Assembly (NCBI GenBank): GCA_034667865.1
Contig: JAXDQN010000240.1
Location: 1-24,136, forward strand
DNA from: Gammaproteobacteria bacterium
GTDB lineage: Bacteria > Pseudomonadota > Gammaproteobacteria > Steroidobacterales > Steroidobacteraceae
Length of the DNA: 24,136 nt
Direction: 5' to 3'
Position 1 is the stretch's first letter. Every line of letters begins with the position of its first letter. The notes under the pieces were generated by a model, which worked only from the letters and a program-made list of their open reading frames with translations, searched no databases and had not been told where the DNA came from. The translations under genes were made by a program, and so were the position numbers. Positions 15,551 through 23,539 of the stretch are shown here, in pieces.

Positions 15551-17056
15551 GACCGCATTCTAGTAATTTCCATCTTCTTTGTCGCCTCCTGCGGACTGGC
15601 CTACGAATTGATCGCCGGGGCCTTGTCGAGCTACCTGCTCGGCGATTCAGTGCTGCAGTTCTCGACCGTGATCGGATGCTACCTGTTTGCCATGGGCGTG
15701 GGCGCCCATCTGTCGCGTTATGTTCGAGACGAGCAGGTATTGGCGCGATTCGTGGATGTCGAGCTGGCCATAGGCCTGATCGGCGGGGTGTCGGCTGCGC
15801 TGCTGTTCCTGGCTTTCGCCTGGTTGGCGGCGCCGTTTCGTGCCCTGCTGTACGTGCTGGTGTTCCTGATCGGCGCGTTGATCGGTATGGAGATTCCGTT
15901 GGTGATGCGCGCATTACATGCCCGCCAAGCCCAGTTTGCGGATCTTGTCAGCCGGGTGCTGACTTTCGACTACCTCGGCGCACTTGCGGTGGCGCTGCTT
16001 TTTCCCATGGTGCTGGCGCCGCATCTGGGGCTCACGCGTACCGCCTTCCTGTTCGGCATGGTAAACGTTGCCGTGGCGCTCTGGACGATCCATGGCTTCG
16101 GCGATGCGATCGACCATCCGCGGCGGCGGGTGCTGCGCGCCGCGATTGTGTTCGTGGTGCTCGGCGCCGGCTTCGTCGGCGCGGAACGGCTGGTGTATTG
16201 GAGCGAACGCGGCATGTATGGCGATGAAATCGTGCACGCCATCACCACGCCCTATCAGCGTCTGGTCATTACGCGCTGGAAGGATGATCTGCGCCTTTAC
16301 ATCAATGGCAATTTGCAATTCTCTTCGCGCGACGAGCATCGCTATCACGAAGCCTTGGTGCATCCGGCCCTGCAATCGCTGCCCTGGGCGCGTTCCGTTC
16401 TGATCCTGGGCGGCGGTGACGGCCTGGCGCTGCGCGAAGTCTTGCGCTACCCGTCGATTCAAAAGGTGACCCTGGTTGATCTCGACCCGGAGATGACGCG
16501 TTTGTTTTCATCTTCCGAGCCGCTGACCGCTCTCAATCACAACTCCTTTCACGATGCGCGGGTGCACTTGATAAACGCCGATGCGGCGCTCTGGATCGAA
16601 TCGGGGGAGGAAAGCTTCGATGTCGCCTTCGTCGACTTTCCCGATCCATCGAATTTCGCCTTGGGGAAACTGTATTCGGTGCCGTTCTATGCACTTTTGA
16701 AGAAACATGTCGCTGCCCATGGACTGGTGGTGGTGCAGGCGACCTCGCCCTACTTCGCGCCGCATGCCTATTGGTCGATTGAAGCCACGTTGCGCGAGAG
16801 CGGCTTCAAAACTTTTCCGTATCACACCTACGTGCCATCGTTTGGCGAATGGGGCTTCATTCTTGCGGGCGCCGAGACCGAATTCTCGCCGCCCACCGAT
16901 TACCGCCTGCCCATGCGCTATCTGAATGCCGAGGTCACGCGTGAAATGTTCAGTTTTCCTCCCGACATGCAGCGTATCGCTGTCGAAGCGAACCATCTCA
17001 ACAGTCAAGCGCTGGTGCGCTACTTCGACGAGGACTGGCATCGAGTGATTCGCTGA
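15545..17056 (+). CDS. speE: Membrane-fused polyamine aminopropyltransferase (spermidine-synthase-like, 503 aa)
   Basis: N-terminal ~215 aa multi-TM region (YEL...LSSYLLGDSVLQFS); catalytic domain with LQFSSRDEHRYHEALVHP, VLILGGGDG, VDLD, DFPDP, SFGEWGF. Confidence 0.92.
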   Translation: MFDRILVISIFFVASCGLAYELIAGALSSYLLGDSVLQFSTVIGCYLFAMGVGAHLSRYVRDEQVLARFVDVELAIGLIGGVSAALLFLAFAWLAAPFRALLYVLVFLIGALIGMEIPLVMRALHARQAQFADLVSRVLTFDYLGALAVALLFPMVLAPHLGLTRTAFLFGMVNVAVALWTIHGFGDAIDHPRRRVLRAAIVFVVLGAGFVGAERLVYWSERGMYGDEIVHAITTPYQRLVITRWKDDLRLYINGNLQFSSRDEHRYHEALVHPALQSLPWARSVLILGGGDGLALREVLRYPSIQKVTLVDLDPEMTRLFSSSEPLTALNHNSFHDARVHLINADAALWIESGEESFDVAFVDFPDPSNFALGKLYSVPFYALLKKHVAAHGLVVVQATSPYFAPHAYWSIEATLRESGFKTFPYHTYVPSFGEWGFILAGAETEFSPPTDYRLPMRYLNAEVTREMFSFPPDMQRIAVEANHLNSQALVRYFDEDWHRVIR

Positions 17057-18669
17057 TGCGGCGTAGGGAATTCGTTCTGGCCGCCGCGGCTCTGGCGGGC
17101 GGCGGCACCGCCGTATTCCTCGAACAGCAGCGCATGCAGTCCAGCGTCAATTATCCGGGGCGCGAGCAGGGTCACCGTCTGCGCGATCTGCGCTCGCTGT
17201 CGCAACCGGCCGAGACCGTGGAAACCGATGTGCTGATCGCCGGATCCGGCATTGCGGGACTCACCGCCGCGTGGCAGTTGAAGAAACATGGCGTGAAGGA
17301 TCTGCTGCTGGTGGGCGGCCCGGAATGGCATGGCAATGCAGCCGCCGGCCAGGATGGCGATTTGGTGTTTCCCACCGGCGCGCACTATCTGCCCCTGCCT
17401 TCCATGGAATCGCTTCACGTGCGCGAGATGTTGGCGGAATTCGGCTTACTCCATGGCGATCCCTACGCGGTCCGCCCGAGCTTCGATGAGCGTTACCTGG
17501 TGCATGCGCCGGCCGAGCGGGTGTTGTACCGCGGTGCTTGGCAGGATGGCTACCTGCCCGTCGAAGATGTCAGCGCGTCCGAGCGTGCCGATCATGAGAA
17601 ATTCTTCGGCATCGTCGAGTGGTACACCAACGCCCGGGGCAGCGATGGCCGGCGCGCCTTCGCCGTGCCGCTGGAGCTGTCCTCCAACGATGAGGACTTC
17701 CGCCGGCTCGATCAACTCTCGTTCAATGCTTGGTTGAACGCGGCGGAGCTGAATGCGCCGACCCTGCGCTGGTACCTGAATTACTGCTGCCGCGACGACT
17801 ATGGCCGCCACTACGATGAGATATCAGCCTGGGCCGGTTTGCACTATTTCTGCAGCCGCGACGGACAAGCGGCCAATGCCGAACGCGGCGCCGTTCTCAC
17901 CTGGCCCCAAGGTCTGGGTGCGCTCGCCGCACGCTTGGAAGCGGCGGCCTCGGTGCAGCGAGCGTGGAGTACGGCCAGCGTCGCGCGGCTCGAGGTGGTC
18001 GACGGCGCGGTCGAAGCGATGCTACTGGTACCCCACGGCAACGACTGGCGTGCGGTGCGCGTCAGAGCCAGACAGGCGATCGCGGCGATGCCGCTGTTCG
18101 TATTGCAGCATGTTTTCCCCGGTCTTTCAGGCTATGGCTTCGTGAGCGCACGCGACGTGCCGGCATATGCGCCCTGGCTGGTATCCAATTTCATCATGCG
18201 CGCGTTTCCGGAGGAGAAAGGCGGAACGCCATTGGCGTGGGACAACGTCATCTACAAGGAACCGGGCCTGGGCTACGTGGTGTCGACCCACCAGGACATT
18301 CGCATGAGCCGGCCTGCCCGCACCGCATTCACCGCCTATCATGCGCTGTCCGATCTCGAGCCCAACGCTGCGCGTCAATGGCTGGATCGCGCCAGCGTCG
18401 CCGATCTCACCGATGCCGCCAGCAAGGATTTGCGGCTGGCGTACGGCTGGCGCCTGCCGCTGTGCGTGGAAAGAATCGCCGTCACGGTTCGCGCCCATGC
18501 CATGGCTGTGCCCGAACCCGGGTTCCTGGCCAATCCGGGAAGAATCGCATTGCGCAGCACCAGCGGGCCGATTTTTTTCGCACATTCGGATCTGTCAGGT
18601 CTATCCCTGTTCGAAGAGGCCGCGTGGTGGGGATATCGAGCTGCCGCGCGCGCGCTCGCGGCGCGCTAA
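17056..18669 (+). CDS. Flavin-dependent amine oxidoreductase family protein with a twin-arginine-like N-terminus
   Basis: MRRREFVL, IAGSGIAGLTAA FAD motif, GAHYLP, RDDYG...SAWAGLHYF, AWDNV, HSDLSGLSLFEEA; TGATG coupling to the aminopropyltransferase. Confidence 0.88.
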   Translation: MRRREFVLAAAALAGGGTAVFLEQQRMQSSVNYPGREQGHRLRDLRSLSQPAETVETDVLIAGSGIAGLTAAWQLKKHGVKDLLLVGGPEWHGNAAAGQDGDLVFPTGAHYLPLPSMESLHVREMLAEFGLLHGDPYAVRPSFDERYLVHAPAERVLYRGAWQDGYLPVEDVSASERADHEKFFGIVEWYTNARGSDGRRAFAVPLELSSNDEDFRRLDQLSFNAWLNAAELNAPTLRWYLNYCCRDDYGRHYDEISAWAGLHYFCSRDGQAANAERGAVLTWPQGLGALAARLEAAASVQRAWSTASVARLEVVDGAVEAMLLVPHGNDWRAVRVRARQAIAAMPLFVLQHVFPGLSGYGFVSARDVPAYAPWLVSNFIMRAFPEEKGGTPLAWDNVIYKEPGLGYVVSTHQDIRMSRPARTAFTAYHALSDLEPNAARQWLDRASVADLTDAASKDLRLAYGWRLPLCVERIAVTVRAHAMAVPEPGFLANPGRIALRSTSGPIFFAHSDLSGLSLFEEAAWWGYRAAARALAAR

Positions 18670-18671
18670 GA

Positions 18672-20135
18672 CTACACGCCTGATGCGTTCGGATCGCGCC
18701 ACGCGCGCTCGAACGGCAAACGCCAGGCATGCGGCGCAATCAATTGATGGATGGCATTTGGACCCCACGAGCCCGGATCGTAGAAGCGCACCGGCGGCGG
18801 ACGCTCCAGCAAAGGCGTGGACACTTCCCATAGTCGTTCGATGCCCTCGGCGGTCGTGAACAAGGTGTGATCGCCCCGCATCGCGTCGAGGATCAAGCGT
18901 TCATAGGCTTCGAGCACATCACCGATGTGCGAGGTGTCGTGCATCGCAAACTGCATGCTCAGTTTATCCAGCCGCATGCCGGGCCCCGGCCGCTTGCCGT
19001 AGAAGGACAGCGACATTTTCGCTGCATCCGCCAAATCAAAGGTAAGGTGATCCGGCCCCTGAGCGCTGACGCCCGAATCGGCCGGAAACATGCTCTTCGG
19101 CGGCTCACGAAAGGCGATGGAAATGATCCTTTCACCATCGGCGAGACGCTTGCCGGTGCGCAGGTAAAACGGCACGCCGGCCCAGCGCCAATTATCGATG
19201 TAGCACTTCAGGGCAATGAAGGTCTCCGTGTCGGAATCCTTCGACACCCCTTCCTCCAAGCGGTATCCGGTGTACTGGCCGCGCACCACGTCGGTGGGCT
19301 TGAGCGGCAGCATGCTGCGAAACACTTTGTTCTTCTCTTCGCTGATGGGTTTCGGCTCCAAGGAGGTGGGCGACTCCATGGCCATAAACCCTAAGATTTG
19401 GAACAGATGCGTGACCACCATGTCTTTATATGCGCCGGTTTGCTCATAGAACCCCGAGCGCCTACCGAGACCAAGTGTCTCCGGCACATCGATCTGCACA
19501 TGGTCGATGAAGTTGCGATTCCAAATGGGTTCGAATAACCCGTTGGCGAAGCGAAATGCCAGAATGTTCTGCGCCGCTTCCTTGCCGAGAAAGTGATCGA
19601 TACGGAAAATCCGATCTTCGTCGAAAACCTCGTGCAAGCGCTCATTCAATGCGACGGCGGTCTCGAGGTTGGTGCCGAAAGGCTTCTCCATGATGATGCG
19701 CGAGCGCTCGACCAATCCGGCTTCACCGAGCATGCGCACTGCGGACAGTGCGGCATTGGGCGGCACACTCAAGTAGTGCAAGCGGCTGCTTTGGCCGCTG
19801 AATGCGGCTTCCGCTTCCTGGACGGCCGCCTTCAGCGCAGCGGCGCCGCTGGACAGCGGCAAATACTGCAGATTGGCGGCGAACGCATTCCAATCTGCTT
19901 CCTCGACTTTACGCGAGGAGAATTCGGTGAGTGCGTCGTGCGCGACCTTGCGAAAGCTCTCGGTGTCCAGATTTTCGAGCGACACGCCGATGATGCGGCA
20001 GCCGGGAATGAACCCGGCGCTCACCAGATGGAACAGACCTGGCAACAGTTTGCGTTTCGCCAGATCACCGGTGGCTCCGACGAGCACGACGACTTGAGGA
20101 GATTGCGGTCCGACACCTGCAGGTACTTTTGCCAA
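18672..20135 (-). CDS. zwf: Glucose-6-phosphate 1-dehydrogenase
   Basis: GATGDLAKRKL, EKPFG, RIDHFLGKE, DMVVTHL, RWAGVPFYLRTGK; AGGA RBS before the TTG. Confidence 0.95.
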   Translation of the reverse strand: MAKVPAGVGPQSPQVVVLVGATGDLAKRKLLPGLFHLVSAGFIPGCRIIGVSLENLDTESFRKVAHDALTEFSSRKVEEADWNAFAANLQYLPLSSGAAALKAAVQEAEAAFSGQSSRLHYLSVPPNAALSAVRMLGEAGLVERSRIIMEKPFGTNLETAVALNERLHEVFDEDRIFRIDHFLGKEAAQNILAFRFANGLFEPIWNRNFIDHVQIDVPETLGLGRRSGFYEQTGAYKDMVVTHLFQILGFMAMESPTSLEPKPISEEKNKVFRSMLPLKPTDVVRGQYTGYRLEEGVSKDSDTETFIALKCYIDNWRWAGVPFYLRTGKRLADGERIISIAFREPPKSMFPADSGVSAQGPDHLTFDLADAAKMSLSFYGKRPGPGMRLDKLSMQFAMHDTSHIGDVLEAYERLILDAMRGDHTLFTTAEGIERLWEVSTPLLERPPPVRFYDPGSWGPNAIHQLIAPHAWRLPFERAWRDPNASGV

Positions 20136-20198
20136 TTGAAATCCTATGGAGACGTATCCGTCTCGTTTAAAGTCCGATAGTACAGGTCAGCAATGCTC

Positions 20199-20978
20199 TC
20201 AGCGATCGATGACAGAAATCAGATCGGCGACGCTGTCGATGACCACGTCCGCGCCGGCCGCCAATAAAGACCGCTTCGCCGCATCGAGGCGTCGCGTTCG
20301 TTCCGCCGCGGGTAACGCCGCCAGCGCCTCTTGAGTAAGACCCACGCAGTTGCCGGACGCCGCCAATCCGACCGTGAAACACCCCGCGTTGCGGCCCTCG
20401 GCGACTCCCGATTCGGTGTCGTCTACTTTCACCACGCGAGACAAAGGCCAGACGCCGAGTTCGGCGCACGCCTTGTAAATCATCAGCGGCGTCGGCCGTC
20501 CCGTCGGCGTTTCGCCCGAACACACCAAGTGATCCGGCACATAGCCCTGGCGCGCGGCCTCGCGCAGTACCGGTTGCATCATGTCGCGGGTGTAGCCTGT
20601 GGATGATGCGATTTTCACGCGCCGCTCGCGCAGCGCATCGATGGTGGATTTAGCGCCGTCGATCAACTGCGCCGCTCGTGCCGCCTGATCACGCATCAGC
20701 GGCCCCAGATCCGCCATAAGAGCCGCCACGTCTGCATCGGCCGCGTCGCTGCCATTGGTTTGCTTCCAGGCCTGCGCCACATCGGGGTCCGCCAGCATCG
20801 CGCGGACGTGATCTTCCTTGGCCCGGCCCATGTCGCGCCTGACCTGCGTGTCGCTGACCGCCACTCCACGCCTGGCAAATGCCTCGCGCAATGCAATGGC
20901 CGGCGCCTGACATCCAAAGTCCACCACGGTGCCGGCCCAGTCCAGCACCACCATGTCAAAGCGCGCGCGTTCCGGCAT
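20199..20978 (-). CDS. phnX: Phosphonoacetaldehyde hydrolase (phosphonatase, HAD family)
   Basis: DWAGTVVDFG HAD motif I, MGRAKEDH (Schiff-base Lys position), TGY, GRPTP, VKVDDT.SG..EG.NAG. Confidence 0.92.
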   Translation of the reverse strand: MPERARFDMVVLDWAGTVVDFGCQAPAIALREAFARRGVAVSDTQVRRDMGRAKEDHVRAMLADPDVAQAWKQTNGSDAADADVAALMADLGPLMRDQAARAAQLIDGAKSTIDALRERRVKIASSTGYTRDMMQPVLREAARQGYVPDHLVCSGETPTGRPTPLMIYKACAELGVWPLSRVVKVDDTESGVAEGRNAGCFTVGLAASGNCVGLTQEALAALPAAERTRRLDAAKRSLLAAGADVVIDSVADLISVIDR

Positions 20979-22192
20979 CAGAGGTCACTCCCCGCGAATA
21001 GGTCGTTGATCACATCCTCACCGATGGCGAAACCCGTCGATGCCCCGGAACCGCCCGTCACCATGGCCAATCGCACCCGCGACGCCGGCGCGTCCATGAA
21101 CATGGTCCGATTCGCTGCCGCCGAATAAGTGCCCGTCCAGCGCTCGATAACGGCGGGTGGCGGCCATCCGGTGGCCGCCGCGAACTCATCCAGTATCAAC
21201 TGGTCGATCCCGGCATCGGAGAAAAAATCCGGAGTCGCCGCGTAATGATGGCTGTCTCCCACCACCAGGGTGCCGTCGGCGCTTTGCACGATGATCAGAT
21301 GGATGCCATTTGCCAGGTGTTGCGGCTGTTCTCGCTCGAGCCGCGCGCGCAAAGCGGCAGCCTCCGGCAGCGCCGCGTAACCCGCATAGCGCACCAGTCC
21401 CAGATCGGACATCAAGGCGCTGGGCAGACGTCTGCCGGGGTCGGCCAAGCGCAGCATTTGCAATTTGCAACGGGTGACACCGTAGTGAGCGATGCGGTCG
21501 GCATACAGTCCGACCAGATCGTCGCCCGGACATACCACCACCGATCCTGCCTGCACCACCCCGCGCGTAGTGACAATCCGCGGCGGCTCGACACTGAGCA
21601 CGGCCGTTTGCCGCATGAACACCACGCCGAGTTGTTCGCCCAACCACGCCGCAATCTTTGGGATGGCCTCGCGTGACTCGACGCGCATGTCGATGGAACT
21701 GGTGAGCATGGCCTTAATTTCGCCGCTGACGAAGCCCGCGCCGCGCGTCAGCGCCGTGGCCCGATCCAGCAGTTCGCAGCCCTCGGCCATTTCCGTCCGC
21801 AAGAACGCCTCGAGCACCGCCACGCCCTCGGCGCGGCGCGTCGTCATCCACATGCCCCGCTGCAAGATGGGAATCCGCGCCTGCTCGGCCACTTGCTGCC
21901 AAATGGCGCAGGCACGGCGCGCCCGGTCCCACGGCAGTCCACGCTCCTGGCCGGTGACCGTGACGAAGCCGAAATTGCGCACCGAGGCGCCGTTGGCCTG
22001 AGCGTCACGGTCGATCACGATCACACGCAGGCCACGCAGAGCCGCCGCTCGCGCACAGGCGAGGCCGACGATCCCGGCGCCAACCACCGCCACATCGAAG
22101 ACGCCGCTTAAGGCCGATTGAGCAACTATGATTTTCTCAGTAAATGAAATATGACTGCATGATGGCACAGCCGCCAAACGAACCAAAACCAT
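20978..22192 (-). CDS. FAD-dependent oxidoreductase, TIGR03364 (aminophosphonate oxidase)-like; start uncertain, possibly 22129
   Basis: FDVAVVGAGIVG, GASVRNFG, RVESREAIP, CKLQMLR, IHLIIVQ.ADG.LVVGDSH, ERWTGTY, GSGASTGF; TGATG coupling to phnX. Confidence 0.85.
   Translation of the reverse strand: MVLVRLAAVPSCSHISFTEKIIVAQSALSGVFDVAVVGAGIVGLACARAAALRGLRVIVIDRDAQANGASVRNFGFVTVTGQERGLPWDRARRACAIWQQVAEQARIPILQRGMWMTTRRAEGVAVLEAFLRTEMAEGCELLDRATALTRGAGFVSGEIKAMLTSSIDMRVESREAIPKIAAWLGEQLGVVFMRQTAVLSVEPPRIVTTRGVVQAGSVVVCPGDDLVGLYADRIAHYGVTRCKLQMLRLADPGRRLPSALMSDLGLVRYAGYAALPEAAALRARLEREQPQHLANGIHLIIVQSADGTLVVGDSHHYAATPDFFSDAGIDQLILDEFAAATGWPPPAVIERWTGTYSAAANRTMFMDAPASRVRLAMVTGGSGASTGFAIGEDVINDLFAGSDL
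22140..22168 (-). promoter_or_regulatory. Possible Pho-box-like 11-bp periodic repeats
   Basis: Minus strand GTGCCAT-catg-CAGTCAT-attt-CATTTAC compared with the PhoB half-site CTGTCAT. Confidence 0.3.
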
Positions 22193-22225
22193 TTGCGCAC
22201 GCGGTTTACGGTAGGCTACGTCGGA

Positions 22226-23539
22226 ATGAATAAGTTGACGCTATCACTCGAACGCGCCAATCCGGTGCTGTTCACCGCGTTCGCCGGTCTCGCCGGATTT
22301 GCCGCATATTTTTCGATGTACGCTTTCCGCAAGCCATTCTCGGTGGCCATATTCGGCGCCGTACCGGGCTGGCACTTTTTGCTCGATTACAAGATTGCCC
22401 TGGTGCTGGCGCAGGTCGCCGGCTACGCCCTCTCCAAATTGATGGGCGTCAAATTGATCGCAGAATTCCAGCCCGCGAGGCGCGCCGGCGCCATCATCAA
22501 ACTCATCTTCTTGTCCTGGCTGGCGCTGCTGCTGTTTGCGGTGGTGCCGGCGCCCTGGAATGTGTTTGCCATGTTTTTGAACGGATTACCCCTGGGAATG
22601 ATTTGGGGCCTGGTGTTCGGCTTCATGGAGGGCCGGCGCACTTCAGAGGTGCTTGGCGCCATCCTCTGCGCCAGCTTCATCGTCTCCTCAGGCGCGGTCA
22701 AGTCGGTGGGCAAACTACTCATGGACGTGTGGCATGTGAGCCCGTTCTGGATGCCGGCGGCGGCCGGCTTGATCTTCTTTCCGCTGCTGGCGGTTTCCGT
22801 TTGGGGCTTATCGATACTACCTCCGCCGAGTGCGGCCGATGAAACCGCCCGAGTCAGACGGGCGCCGATGGACGCTGCGGCACGCGCCAGCTTCTTGAGC
22901 CGCTTCGGAACCGGCCTCGCACTGCTCGTCATCTCCTACGTCATGACCACCGCCATTCGAGACTTCCGCGATAACTTCGCCGCTGAATTGTGGACTGCCT
23001 TGGGGTTCGGCCGCGAAGCCACGGTCTACACAGCCAGCGAGCTGCCGGTCGCCGTATTGGCGCTGACCGTGCTCGGCGTCATCATCGTGGTGCGCGACAA
23101 CGTGCGGGCGCTGCTGGTGATTCACGCGGTGATCATCGCCGGGTTGTTGCTGCTTGGCCTGTCCACTCTGGCCTTTCATGCGGGGTTACTGTCGCCCTTG
23201 GCGTGGATGATATTGAGCGGCGCGGGTTTGTACATGGCCTATGTACCCTTCAATGCGATGCTGTTCGACCGCTTGATCGCCGTCAGCGGCACCGTGGGCA
23301 CAGCCGGTTTCTTGATTTACATCGCCGACGCTTCGGGATATCTGGGCAGTTGCGCGTTGTTGGTGTGGCGCAATTTCGGGCTGGTGCAGCTGAATTGGCT
23401 GCAGGTGTTTACCGCAGCGGCCTACGCCACCAGTGTTCTCGGCACGCTGCTCGTGGCCTTGTCCGCCCTGTTCTTCTACGCCAAGCGGCATGGCGCCGCG
23501 AATGCGCCGACCGAGACAGTCGCCCCCGCGATCAGCTAG
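22226..23539 (+). CDS. DUF5690-family MFS-like membrane transporter (437 aa)
   Basis: YAFRKPF, AQVAGYALSK, NGLPLGMIWG...EGRR, SFIVSSG.VKS, RDFRDNF, YLIYIAD-like FLIYIADASGYLGS; many hydrophobic helices. ATG 22226 is preferred to TTG 22193. Confidence 0.82.
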   Translation: MNKLTLSLERANPVLFTAFAGLAGFAAYFSMYAFRKPFSVAIFGAVPGWHFLLDYKIALVLAQVAGYALSKLMGVKLIAEFQPARRAGAIIKLIFLSWLALLLFAVVPAPWNVFAMFLNGLPLGMIWGLVFGFMEGRRTSEVLGAILCASFIVSSGAVKSVGKLLMDVWHVSPFWMPAAAGLIFFPLLAVSVWGLSILPPPSAADETARVRRAPMDAAARASFLSRFGTGLALLVISYVMTTAIRDFRDNFAAELWTALGFGREATVYTASELPVAVLALTVLGVIIVVRDNVRALLVIHAVIIAGLLLLGLSTLAFHAGLLSPLAWMILSGAGLYMAYVPFNAMLFDRLIAVSGTVGTAGFLIYIADASGYLGSCALLVWRNFGLVQLNWLQVFTAAAYATSVLGTLLVALSALFFYAKRHGAANAPTETVAPAIS

